From Parcubacteria group bacterium (GTDB taxonomy: Bacteria; Patescibacteriota; Minisyncoccia; Moranbacterales; UBA11712): DNA of 64,000 bases. Within the stretch, counting starts at the first letter, position 1; each line of letters starts with the position of its first letter. This document shows, piece by piece, positions 28,361 through 37,887 of the stretch. The notes beneath the pieces are model-generated. The model saw nothing but the letters and a program-made list of their open reading frames with translations. It was not told where the DNA came from and did not search any database. Both the position numbers and the translations under genes were made by a program. The stretch is taken from the NCBI GenBank assembly GCA_041659065.1, contig JBAZYY010000001.1:60847-124846 (forward strand), given 5' to 3'.

Positions 28361-29911
28361 ATGATAATATATGCATTATCTACAAAAATGAGTGAGTACG
28401 TACTGAAAAAAGTCGGCGAGCACAAAAGGATAATCGAACCGGTTGGCAATATGAAAGTGCCTGTAGTCTTCCCTGTTTCGGATGTTTTGATGCCCGGCAC
28501 GGCTACGATTGAGGAATTAGCCAATGTCGCTTGCGACCCGCATGTTTTCCATCATGTTGCTGCGCTCTCGGACACGCATTCCAAAAAAGGCCGCAAAAAT
28601 CCCACCGGCTCAGCGGTAGCGACCAGAAGATTTTTTCTTCCTCAGGCAATGGATACGGCGCCAAATTGTGGTATGCGGCTTATCAGTACTCCTTTTGGAG
28701 AGAATGATTTGGACGGTAAGGCAGTTAACAAGCTTTTTGAAGAGCTTATTAAAGTAATTCCTACAGCAGTATATGTTGGAACCCGAGTGGACATTGATAC
28801 TGTGGTGGACGTCTGCCGTCGCGGAACGAAGGCAATTCTCGAAAAACTGAAAATTGATTCGAGTGAATACGAATATATTTTTAACGGTGGGAACTTTTTC
28901 AATGAAATTCCCAGCGAAAAAGATATACTCGACTCGATCCCAAGGACTTTTTTGCGGATTGCTCAATTGCGACTGGGAATTTTAGGCGCCGCCGGAAACC
29001 ATTTTTTGGATTTAATGAAAGTCGCTGATATTTTAGATGAAGATGTTGCAAACAAGCTGGGCATCAAAAAGGGCCAGTATCTATTTTTGATGCATACTGG
29101 ATCAGGAATGCTCGGTCAATATGCTTCATATTTTTATACTCCCAAGGAAAAAGAGCATCGCAGCCAAAAGATTGTCCTTGAAATGGGGCGGAGAGGTTTT
29201 TTGAAAAAAAATAACCCCGTTCATGAACAACTAAGGCGTGAAATTCCAGCCTGGAGGAACAAGCAAGAGTTTTACTCGATCGACAGCGAGTCTGAATTGG
29301 GGAGAATGTATATGACTGCCCATCGAGCCAGCGCAAACCACGGTTTTGCCAACCGCTCGATTCTGACTGAGCATATTCGTTTAACCGTGAAAAAAGTTTT
29401 TGGAAAAGATTTCGAGCTGCCGCTCATTTATGACATGCCGCATGTCCATGTGCAAGAGGAAACCCATTACGGGGAGAAAGTCCTGGTGCATCGTAATGGC
29501 GCTAGTCGCGCGAATGGCCCCGAACGAATGCGAAAATTACTTGACGGAGGATCAGCCTTCGTCAATCCGTTGCATGCCGAAACAGGTGAGCCAATTTTCA
29601 TTCCGTCTTCGATGGCGACTCCTTTTTATTTTGGCGTCGGTACCGACGAAAATGATGCGACCTTCTTTTCGGCCAGCCATGGTACCGGAAAAGCGAAAGA
29701 AAAGCAAGGCGTCGTTCCGAAAAATCGCGAAGAGCTGATGGAGAAGATGAAAAAAAGCAAAGTAAAGCTTTTTAACGCGAAATCTCGGCAGATTATCGAT
29801 CAGGACAGTTCGCATTATAAAGACGTGGAAGAAGTAATCGCCGGAATGACCGAAAATAAAATAATTAAAGTCGTGGCAAAAATGGATCCGATAGCGGTTT
29901 TGATGGCCTAA
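28361..29911 (+). CDS. rtcB: RtcB-family RNA 3'-phosphate ligase (divergent)
   Basis: RtcB signature motifs present: NCGMR, AGNHF, HTGSGMLG, VHRNGASRA and SASHGTGK (the His that is guanylylated in RtcB). Confidence 0.7.
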   Translation: MIIYALSTKMSEYVLKKVGEHKRIIEPVGNMKVPVVFPVSDVLMPGTATIEELANVACDPHVFHHVAALSDTHSKKGRKNPTGSAVATRRFFLPQAMDTAPNCGMRLISTPFGENDLDGKAVNKLFEELIKVIPTAVYVGTRVDIDTVVDVCRRGTKAILEKLKIDSSEYEYIFNGGNFFNEIPSEKDILDSIPRTFLRIAQLRLGILGAAGNHFLDLMKVADILDEDVANKLGIKKGQYLFLMHTGSGMLGQYASYFYTPKEKEHRSQKIVLEMGRRGFLKKNNPVHEQLRREIPAWRNKQEFYSIDSESELGRMYMTAHRASANHGFANRSILTEHIRLTVKKVFGKDFELPLIYDMPHVHVQEETHYGEKVLVHRNGASRANGPERMRKLLDGGSAFVNPLHAETGEPIFIPSSMATPFYFGVGTDENDATFFSASHGTGKAKEKQGVVPKNREELMEKMKKSKVKLFNAKSRQIIDQDSSHYKDVEEVIAGMTENKIIKVVAKMDPIAVLMA

Positions 29912-29913
29912 AT

Positions 29914-30483
29914 ATGAAAATTATTACCATTTCCGGGCTGGATGGTTCGGGAAAATCAACTCAAATCGAGTTTCTAAAAAAATATCTTGAATCACAAGGC
30001 AAGTCTTTTTATTATTTTCACGCAGTTCAGTTTTCGATATTTAATAGAATATTAAATAAGAAAAAAAGAAATAGTGGAGTCGAAAAAAGCGCGACACAGG
30101 CTAATTGGTTTCAAATTCAACTTCGGAAAATCTCATTACTTGTTGATATTTGCAGATTTAAAAAATTAGTTAAGAAAATAGATGCAGATTACATCATCAG
30201 TGACCGGTATTTTTATGACAGCGTCGTGAATATAAATTTTCTTTCGCGGAATAATAAAACGCTATTCGCGGAGAAATTTATTCCACGGCCCGACTTAGCG
30301 ATTTATCTCAAAGTGAACCCTGAAAAAATTATGCAAAGGGAAAGAAAGCCGGATCAAGGGCTTGAATATCTTATAAAAAAACAAGAGTTATATGAAGATA
30401 AATCAAAGTATTGGGATATAATGGTTATTGATGGAGAGGCAGCTAAAGAAGAAATATTCAAGGTCTTAAAATCCAAAATATAA
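29914..30483 (+). CDS. Thymidylate-kinase-like P-loop nucleotide kinase
   Basis: ISGLDGSGKSTQ P-loop and a DRYFYDSVV (DRY) motif; 189 aa. Confidence 0.6.
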   Translation: MKIITISGLDGSGKSTQIEFLKKYLESQGKSFYYFHAVQFSIFNRILNKKKRNSGVEKSATQANWFQIQLRKISLLVDICRFKKLVKKIDADYIISDRYFYDSVVNINFLSRNNKTLFAEKFIPRPDLAIYLKVNPEKIMQRERKPDQGLEYLIKKQELYEDKSKYWDIMVIDGEAAKEEIFKVLKSKI

Positions 30484-30581
30484 AACTCAAAGTTCAAATC
30501 AAGTCTGAATGACTAAGTCTAAATATTTGAATTTTTTATTTTAGATTTGATTTGATATTTGGATTTTTTAATTAGAAATTT

Positions 30582-32084
30582 ATGAGTCGATTTTTGGTAA
30601 AATCATTTTTTTGGGTGACGCTTTCAGAGATTATCTATAATCTCTCGGCTTATGTTATCCATGCCGTGATGGGGCGGGTTCTGGGTCCTTCTGATTACGG
30701 CCGATATGGGATCGTTATCACGCTGACTACAATGATCGTTGTGCTTATTGGACAGGGTGTTCCTACCGCAATGTCAAAATACCTTAGCGAGATTTTCGAA
30801 ACGCAGCAAGGCTTAATTCCGGTCATTAAGAAACAAACTGCTCGGATTCAAATTATCTTAATAGGAGTAGTGACAGTTATCTTTTTTCTCTTGACCCCTT
30901 TGATAGCCCGTGTTCTTGGTGATTCTACGCTAACTCCCCTTTTCCAAATATCGACTTTAGTCATTCCAGCCTTTGCGCTTGCGTCATTTTATTTTTATTA
31001 TTACACCGGACTCCATCTTTTCAATAAACAGGCTATTCTTAAGACTTCCCGGTCTTTCGCGAGAATAATTTTCATTCTAGGGTTTGCTTGGCTTTTGAAA
31101 TCACGAGGTATGGCTCTTCAGGGAGCGATTATCGGTTATATTCTGGCTCCCCTTTCGATTTTTTTCGAGGCCAATTTTTTCGATCCCTACAAAAAAATTA
31201 AAGCAGGAGGCTTTTTTGATTGGCGAAAGCTTGTGAAATATGCCTGGCCAATGACGCTTTTTCTGATTGCCTACGAATTTATGATAACTATCGACCTGTA
31301 TTTAGTTAAAGGTCTTCTAAAAAGTGATTATCTGACTGGAATCTATAATGGAGCGATTACGGTCGGCAGAATCCCCTATTTCCTTTTTTATGCTTTAACG
31401 ATAATTATCCTGCCGGCGGTTTCCAAATCGACTTCTAGCAATAATGACAAAGAGACTAAAACACTTGTTAGCGAATCATTACGGCTAATGGTCATGTTTC
31501 TTGTCCCTTTGTCAATTCTGATGTCAGTATTTTCTCCTTCAATAATAAGGGTTTTCTATTCGGCAAAATATTTGGATGCCGCTTTGCCGATGTCAATCCT
31601 GATGAGCGGGGTGACCTTTCTCACGGTTTTCTACTTTTTGGCCTTTGCGCTGAATGGCGCGGGAAAAGTAAAAATTCCAATGGTTATCTCGTTTGTCGGT
31701 TTGGCGCTTAATGTAATATTCAGTTTTATTTTTATAAAAAAATACGCCCTCATGGGCGCGGCTCTGGCAACATCAGTGACTTCCTTTATTACCATGCTTT
31801 TGGCGTTAATATACACGTATCGATATTTCGGCTATTTATTCGAAATGAAGAGGTTTATAAAAATAATCTTGGCATCCGCTGTTATGTATTTTGCGGCCCT
31901 GCTATTTCCACAGGGGAAATTAACATTTATTCTCTGGTCGGCTATCCTGATCCTCTTTTATGTATTCCTTCTTTACGCAATGAAAGAACTGGGGTCTTCT
32001 GATGTTCAAATAATAAGGCAGCTGATTAAAAGAAAAAATAAGAATAAAGTAGAATTTGAAAAGGAAGAAATCGAAGAAAGATAG
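30582..32084 (+). CDS. Wzx-type polysaccharide/oligosaccharide flippase (MOP superfamily)
   Basis: 500 aa with ~14 TM helices and a flippase-like hydrophobicity pattern; lies in a glycan locus. Confidence 0.7.
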   Translation: MSRFLVKSFFWVTLSEIIYNLSAYVIHAVMGRVLGPSDYGRYGIVITLTTMIVVLIGQGVPTAMSKYLSEIFETQQGLIPVIKKQTARIQIILIGVVTVIFFLLTPLIARVLGDSTLTPLFQISTLVIPAFALASFYFYYYTGLHLFNKQAILKTSRSFARIIFILGFAWLLKSRGMALQGAIIGYILAPLSIFFEANFFDPYKKIKAGGFFDWRKLVKYAWPMTLFLIAYEFMITIDLYLVKGLLKSDYLTGIYNGAITVGRIPYFLFYALTIIILPAVSKSTSSNNDKETKTLVSESLRLMVMFLVPLSILMSVFSPSIIRVFYSAKYLDAALPMSILMSGVTFLTVFYFLAFALNGAGKVKIPMVISFVGLALNVIFSFIFIKKYALMGAALATSVTSFITMLLALIYTYRYFGYLFEMKRFIKIILASAVMYFAALLFPQGKLTFILWSAILILFYVFLLYAMKELGSSDVQIIRQLIKRKNKNKVEFEKEEIEER

Positions 32085-32102
32085 GTATTTAAACGCTTAT
32101 CC

Positions 32103-33617
32103 CTAAAGGTTTAATTTCTCGCCTTCAAGCGCGAAGTATCGTTTGACGCCTTGATAGACTTCGCTTTCTATCTCATCGTCCGCCTTAGCCGCGGCTATGC
32201 GTATCCATTCCTGCCAATCGGCAGTTTTTTTGTTAATAACGCTTAAGCGTTGCTGGGTTTCAAGAAATCTTTGCTCAATATTTCCCTCTTGTTCGCGAAA
32301 ATCCCTCATCTTACTTTCGTTTTGAAGCAGGATATTTTCCAGTTCACCCTTTTTAGAATCGTAGTTTTCGATATCATTCGGTGTGACTTTTGTTTCTAGC
32401 TTGGCTCCTGATATTTTTTTGGCGGTACCATTCGCATCAATATGAATATTTGTCAGGCGGCCCAACTGATGAGAAATAATTCTGTCAACCTTCATAATGT
32501 ATTGATTGATATCTTCGAGAAACATTTTTTTGCGGTCAAACCAGCCGGAAATGTGAAGTCCCTCAATTTCATTAAACATTTTTTTTAAAATACTCATGGC
32601 ATGAGAATAGATTCTATCAGCTGTTTCGAGCATTTGGCGATGCCTAGCAAGCCGCAGCTCGATCTCCCGAATGCTCTCCGTCTGCAAGCTTATTTCGGAA
32701 AGCAGTTTTTCGAGTTCTCTGCGGGCGACATCTCGCTCCTCACTGGATCGCACGAAGATATCAGTCGTTCTCTCCGGTTCAGCTGAAAGACTTGCCAGAT
32801 TGATGACGTTTCGCAGAAGTATGGCGACTGTCATCGGTCCAACTCCACCAGGAACAGGTGTAATAAAAGCGGCTTTCGAGCTTACTGAATCAAAATTAAC
32901 ATCTCCCGCAATCTTTGTCCCGTTGCGGGATATTCCGACATCAATCACAACGGACTTCGACTTAACCATGTCAGCCGTGATAAGCCCCTTTACGCCTGTG
33001 GCACTGACCAAGATATCAGCCCGCTCCGTAAAGTCGGAAAGATTATGGGTTTTGTCATGGCAAATAGTTACAGTTCCGCCCCTCTCCAAAAACATTTCAC
33101 TAAGCGGCTTCCCGACGATATCAGAATAGCCGACTATGACCGCATTCTTTCCGGATATCTCGATGTCGTATTCGCTCATTAATTCGATTATGCCCAGAGG
33201 CGTTGCTGGTCCGATCAACATATTTTGTTCTCCGGATTGCATGAATTCTCCAAAATTTGCCGGAGTTAGGCAATCTGCGTCTTTGCCGGGGTCAATTGCG
33301 GACAACGCATTATATCGATCAATGTGGTCGGGCAGCGGAAGTTGGACTAGAATGGCGGTGATCCGATCATCGGCGTTGAGAATGTCAATTTCTTCGATTA
33401 GCTGATTCTCGGATATTTCTTCGGGAAAAACAATCTCTTCTGCGACAATCTCGACCTCTCGCGCGGCTTTAATTTTGTTCTCAACGTAAATCCTAGAAGC
33501 CGGATCTTCTCCGACAGTGACAATTGCCAGCACTGGCTTCTTCTCCATTTTCGAAACGGAATCTTTGATTTTAGATCTGATTCTTTCAGCTAATTTCGCG
33601 CCATCAAGAAGTATCAT
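32103..33617 (-). CDS. folD: Bifunctional methylenetetrahydrofolate dehydrogenase/cyclohydrolase FolD fused to a ~215 aa C-terminal helical/coiled-coil extension
   Basis: The N-terminal ~285 aa are canonical FolD (YVENKIKAA..., GKNAVIVGYSDIVGKP, PVPGGVGPMTVAILL). The ORF then continues for ~215 residues rich in E/K/R/L. Confidence 0.8.
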   Translation of the reverse strand: MILLDGAKLAERIRSKIKDSVSKMEKKPVLAIVTVGEDPASRIYVENKIKAAREVEIVAEEIVFPEEISENQLIEEIDILNADDRITAILVQLPLPDHIDRYNALSAIDPGKDADCLTPANFGEFMQSGEQNMLIGPATPLGIIELMSEYDIEISGKNAVIVGYSDIVGKPLSEMFLERGGTVTICHDKTHNLSDFTERADILVSATGVKGLITADMVKSKSVVIDVGISRNGTKIAGDVNFDSVSSKAAFITPVPGGVGPMTVAILLRNVINLASLSAEPERTTDIFVRSSEERDVARRELEKLLSEISLQTESIREIELRLARHRQMLETADRIYSHAMSILKKMFNEIEGLHISGWFDRKKMFLEDINQYIMKVDRIISHQLGRLTNIHIDANGTAKKISGAKLETKVTPNDIENYDSKKGELENILLQNESKMRDFREQEGNIEQRFLETQQRLSVINKKTADWQEWIRIAAAKADDEIESEVYQGVKRYFALEGEKLNL

Positions 33618-34360
33618 ATTTGAATTTTAGAGAATAAGTAGTTTCCGACAATAAGCAACAGCAGGGTTACAATCGCAAGAATATACAGGTCAACGTGCAA
33701 TCCAAAATGAGTCATATCGATCAGGGTTCCCCTGAGGCCATCTACGCCGTAAGCCAGCGGATTCAGGCTTCCGATAATCGTAATTGCTTTCGGCAGCCCT
33801 TGAAAGGGAAAAAGCGCTCCGGAAAGGAAAAAAATTGGCATCACCAAAAAATTCATAATAAGCTGGAATCCCTGCATGTCTTCGAGGACTGAAGCGATTG
33901 CTGTTCCCAAGGCGGTGAAAAGAAGCGCTATCAAAAACATGAAGACAAGCGCTACTGGAAAAAGCAGCCAATTCTCGGGCCGAAATCCCACAGCTAAAGA
34001 TATTAAAAAAACGATTACCCCCTGCAAAAGGGCAACCGTTGCTCCGCCAAAGGTTCTCCCGATCATGATTTCCATTCTGGAAACCGGGGCGACCAAAGTT
34101 TCCTTCAAAAAACCGAATTGCTTGTCCCAAATAATTTCGATTCCCGAAAAGACGGAGGTAAAGAGCACGCTCATCGCAATAATCCCCGGGGCCAGGAATT
34201 GGATATAATTTCCGCCGCCGGCTCGCTGATAAATCGGCCCGAAACCGTATCCTAAGGCAAGTAAAAACAGCAGTGGCTGGCCAATCGAGCCAATAATCCT
34301 GGATTTCGACCGGGAGTACCGCTTGAGTTGCCTTAGCCAGAGTATATAGATAGTGCTCAT
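33614..34360 (-). CDS. ABC-2 type transporter permease
   Basis: Six TM helices, 248 aa; start overlaps the upstream folD (ATGA). Confidence 0.75.
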   Translation of the reverse strand: MSTIYILWLRQLKRYSRSKSRIIGSIGQPLLFLLALGYGFGPIYQRAGGGNYIQFLAPGIIAMSVLFTSVFSGIEIIWDKQFGFLKETLVAPVSRMEIMIGRTFGGATVALLQGVIVFLISLAVGFRPENWLLFPVALVFMFLIALLFTALGTAIASVLEDMQGFQLIMNFLVMPIFFLSGALFPFQGLPKAITIIGSLNPLAYGVDGLRGTLIDMTHFGLHVDLYILAIVTLLLLIVGNYLFSKIQI

Positions 34361-34403
34361 GCTGTTGTTATATTACAAACGGATAAAATCTTGCGGATGT
34401 GGA

Positions 34404-35198
34404 TTATCTTCTTGTCCAGAGGCGGCTATGCATTCGCATTTCAGCTTTACTTTCGGCGTGTTCTTCTCGAATGTCGCGGCCCGTGATCTCCAAGAAGGCT
34501 TCTTCCAGGGAATCGGTTTTAGTGGACTGTTCCAGCTCTTTAGATGTCCCCGCCGCAACAATTTTGCCATGGTCAATAATTGCAATCCGATTAGAGATTC
34601 TTTCGGCTTCTTCCATGATATGGGTCGAGAAGAAGATGGTTATCTTTTCTTTTTTATTTAGATCTCCAATGTAACCCCAGATATGGTTTCGCGTTTGTGG
34701 GTCAAGCCCAAGCGTCGGTTCGTCAAGAAAAAGTATCTTGGGGTGATGCAGGAGTCCTCGGGCGATTTCCAACCTGCGCTTCATGCCTCCGGAAAAATTT
34801 TTTACATATTCGTCTTTTCTGTCCCATAGCTCGACAATTTCCAGCAACTCTTTGGTCCGCGTATCCCTGATTTTAGGGGGTATCTTGTAGAGCACTCCGT
34901 GAAAATGCATGTTTTCATAAGCCGTGAGTTCATCATCAAGGCTTGGATCCTGGAAAACAATTCCAAAATTACGTCGAACTTCATCGGGCTTTTCGGTTAC
35001 ATCGTAGCCATTCAGCAGAACCTGGCCGCTCGTGGGGCGCAAAAGGGTTGTCAGAATTTTTATGGTAGTTGTTTTGCCGGCACCATTGGGTCCCAAAAAA
35101 GCAAAGATATCCCCCTCTTCCACCTCAAAAGAGATGTCATTGACAGCCTCGATTTCTCCAAATTTTTTTACTAAATTTTTGACTGAAATAGCTGGCAT
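34404..35198 (-). CDS. ABC transporter ATP-binding protein
   Basis: Walker A (GPNGAGKTT), ABC signature (FSGGMKRRLEIARGL) and Walker B (ILFLDEPT). Confidence 0.85.
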   Translation of the reverse strand: MPAISVKNLVKKFGEIEAVNDISFEVEEGDIFAFLGPNGAGKTTTIKILTTLLRPTSGQVLLNGYDVTEKPDEVRRNFGIVFQDPSLDDELTAYENMHFHGVLYKIPPKIRDTRTKELLEIVELWDRKDEYVKNFSGGMKRRLEIARGLLHHPKILFLDEPTLGLDPQTRNHIWGYIGDLNKKEKITIFFSTHIMEEAERISNRIAIIDHGKIVAAGTSKELEQSTKTDSLEEAFLEITGRDIREEHAESKAEMRMHSRLWTRR

Positions 35199-35230
35199 AT
35201 ACGATTAGTACGTATTAAGAAGGTATTTTA

Positions 35231-36496
35231 TTATATTCCTGGTACCGGATATTTACGAAATACTTTTTCAATTTCCTCTCTTAGTTTATTTAAATAATTT
35301 TCATCTGAATGATTATTTAAAGCATCAACAATCCATCCGCCTATCTTCTTCATCTCATCTTCTTTCATTCCCCTGGTTGTAGCAGCGGGAGTGCCCAATC
35401 TTATTCCACTAGGCTTTAGGGGTGGATTAGGATCGTCTGGAATAATCTGTTTATTGACAGTAATTGATACCTTATCTAGTGTCTGTTCCGCTAATTTTCC
35501 ATCTATTCCAAAACTTTCAACAGTATTCGCAACCATCATATGATTGTCCGTTCCATCAGTAATAAGCTTAACTCCATTGTCCATCAATGTTTGCGCAAGA
35601 ACTTTAGCATTCAGGAGAACTTGTTTGCCATATTCCTTATATTCAGGTTGTAACGCTTTTCCTAGCGCCACTGCTATTGCCGAAATGGTATTCATATGTG
35701 GTCCTCCTTGAAGGCCTGGAAAAACGGATTTATCTATTTTTTCAGCGAATTCTTTTTTGCACATAATTATTCCTCCTCTGGGCCCTCGAAGGGATTTATG
35801 CGTAGTAGCGGAAACCACATCAAATCCATGATCAAACGGATTACGCATGACGTCGGCTGCTATGAGCCCGCCAATATGAGCAACGTCTGCAAAAGTTATT
35901 GCCCCTACCTCATCCGCAACTTTCTTGAAGTCGGAATAATTATAATCTCGTGGATATGAAGTATAACCGCACATCACAATTTTTGGTTTTATTTCTTTCG
36001 CCAGCCTCATCAACTCATCGAAATCTATTCTTCCTTTTTCATCTGGATGAGTTTTGTACCGAGTAAAATTAAACACCTTTCCCATGTGAGAAACTGGAGC
36101 GCCATGAGTTAAGTGCCCTCCATGAGTCAATTCCATCGCCAGTACGGTATCGCCAGGTTCCAAAAAAGCGAAATATACAGCTTGATTCATGGGTGATCCT
36201 GAAAGAGGCTGAACATTAGCATGCTCGCATCTGAACAACTTTTTTGCTCGCTCTCTGGCAAGATCTTCAACTATATCAGTATAGGTTTGGCCGCCATAAT
36301 ATCTTTTACCAGGATATCCTTCCGCGTACTTATTGGTCAGTATTGATCCGTTAGCTGCAAAGACTTCGGGATAGGTATAGTTTTCTGAAGGTATTAGCTC
36401 TATTCCTCTAGATTCTCGTTTTTCTTCTCCGATGATTGCGTCATAAACTTCCGGATCATTCGTCTTTAGCAGATCTAGATTTTTTTTCACATCCAT
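35231..36496 (-). CDS. glyA: Serine hydroxymethyltransferase
   Basis: PLP-Lys motif TTHKSLRGPRGG; start set at the Met of MDVKKNLDLL. Confidence 0.95.
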   Translation of the reverse strand: MDVKKNLDLLKTNDPEVYDAIIGEEKRESRGIELIPSENYTYPEVFAANGSILTNKYAEGYPGKRYYGGQTYTDIVEDLARERAKKLFRCEHANVQPLSGSPMNQAVYFAFLEPGDTVLAMELTHGGHLTHGAPVSHMGKVFNFTRYKTHPDEKGRIDFDELMRLAKEIKPKIVMCGYTSYPRDYNYSDFKKVADEVGAITFADVAHIGGLIAADVMRNPFDHGFDVVSATTHKSLRGPRGGIIMCKKEFAEKIDKSVFPGLQGGPHMNTISAIAVALGKALQPEYKEYGKQVLLNAKVLAQTLMDNGVKLITDGTDNHMMVANTVESFGIDGKLAEQTLDKVSITVNKQIIPDDPNPPLKPSGIRLGTPAATTRGMKEDEMKKIGGWIVDALNNHSDENYLNKLREEIEKVFRKYPVPGI

Positions 36497-36689
36497 ATTT
36501 ATTTTATTTAAGCAAATTAACAAACTTACCCCCGGCTTTCTGGAAAAGCGGGAGTATGATAAAATTGTAATAAAGTTTAGGGTTTAAGGCAAATAAATTC
36601 TCAAAAATGGAGAAAGGACAGTCTAGTTTTTCTGGCGGGCCTTCCTTTGAGCTTAAGCAAGAGATTTAACCAACGATATAATCAGTGGG

Positions 36690-37721
36690 ATGAAGGAATC
36701 AATTCTTTATGAAAAACTGAAAAAAGAGCTTATAAGATGCAAAACCTGCAGCCATTATTGCGTTATCGCGCCAAAAAAGAGGGGGATTTGCGGAGTGAGA
36801 GAAAATATTAATGGAAAATTATTTTTTTTGCCTTACGGGCGGGTTATCGCGAAAAGCATTGATCCGATCGAAAAAAAACCGCTTTTTCATTTTTTGCCGG
36901 GAAGCCTCTCTTTTTCTATCAGCACTGTTGGCTGCAATCTGCGTTGCGCGAATTGTCAGAATTGGACAATTTCCCAGTTCGGGAAATTGCCCGGTGTTAC
37001 CCGGGAAATGATTGAAAAAAGCGGTGAGGAGTTGCCGCCCAAAGAAATAATCAAGCTGGCTAAAGAAAATAATTGCCCAAGCATTTCCTATACTTACACC
37101 GAACCCACAATATTTCTTGAATATGCGCTTGAGACAATGAAGCTGGCAAAAAAAGCCGGTCTCAAAAATGTATGGGTGTCTAATGGATTCATGAGCAAGG
37201 AAACATTTCAGCTGATTACTCCCTATTTGGATGCCATAAACATAGATATCAAGTCCTTTGACGACAAATTTTATCAAGAAAACTGCGGAGCAAGGCTCGC
37301 GCCGGTACTAGAGAATTGCAAACGCGCGGTGAAAAATAAAATTTGGCTTGAAACGACAACCTTGGTTATTCCGACGCTTTCCGACGACGAAAAAATGCTG
37401 CGAAAAATCGCAGAGTTTATAAAGACAGAATTAGGCGATTTCGTCCCTTGGCATGTCAGCGCTTTTTCCGGTGCAATTTCTTGGAAGCTGCAGCACCTTT
37501 CCGAGACAACTGTCGAAAAGATCAAGCAAGCTTACGAAATTGGAAAATCAACCGGCCTCAAGTATGTTTACGCGGGCAATATTCCCGGTTCGGACATGGA
37601 AAACACTTATTGCTCCAAGTGCGGAGAAAGAATGATTAAAAGAATTGGCTACGATGTCAAGAGGCTCGATAAAGAAGGAAAGTGCGGCAAGTGTGGGGGA
37701 AAATTAAATCTTGTAGAATAA
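36690..37721 (+). CDS. AmmeMemoRadiSam-system radical SAM enzyme (PflA-like)
   Basis: Radical SAM CNLRCANCQNW (CxxxCxxC); an N-terminal CxxC...C cluster; a C-terminal CSKCG...CGKCGG zinc ribbon; ~340 aa. Lies upstream of the Memo-like and AMMECR1 genes. Confidence 0.7.
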   Translation: MKESILYEKLKKELIRCKTCSHYCVIAPKKRGICGVRENINGKLFFLPYGRVIAKSIDPIEKKPLFHFLPGSLSFSISTVGCNLRCANCQNWTISQFGKLPGVTREMIEKSGEELPPKEIIKLAKENNCPSISYTYTEPTIFLEYALETMKLAKKAGLKNVWVSNGFMSKETFQLITPYLDAINIDIKSFDDKFYQENCGARLAPVLENCKRAVKNKIWLETTTLVIPTLSDDEKMLRKIAEFIKTELGDFVPWHVSAFSGAISWKLQHLSETTVEKIKQAYEIGKSTGLKYVYAGNIPGSDMENTYCSKCGERMIKRIGYDVKRLDKEGKCGKCGGKLNLVE

Positions 37722-37748
37722 ATTTCTAATATCCAATTTCTAATATCC
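37721..37748. repeat. Tandem duplication of the 14-mer AATTTCTAATATCC in the radical-SAM / Memo intergenic spacer
   Basis: Two exact adjacent copies, followed by related AATATC/TCCAAAT motifs. Confidence 0.4.
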
Positions 37749-37887
37749 AATGAAAATTCCAATATCAAAATCCAAATGACAAATAAAATTCAGAGTTTAA
37801 AATCGAAAAATATTTTAAAATTGGAATTTGGAGGTTTGAGCAAAACTATGGCTGGTAATATTATTAATAATTCAATTAACGTGTCTC

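Noticed and set aside
37721-37800. Possible CRISPR-like or mini-repeat array (tandem AATTTCTAATATCC plus related motifs)
   Set aside because: Only two short (14 nt) adjacent copies with no spacers or conserved repeat length, and no cas genes. It is a low-complexity AT-rich intergenic duplication.
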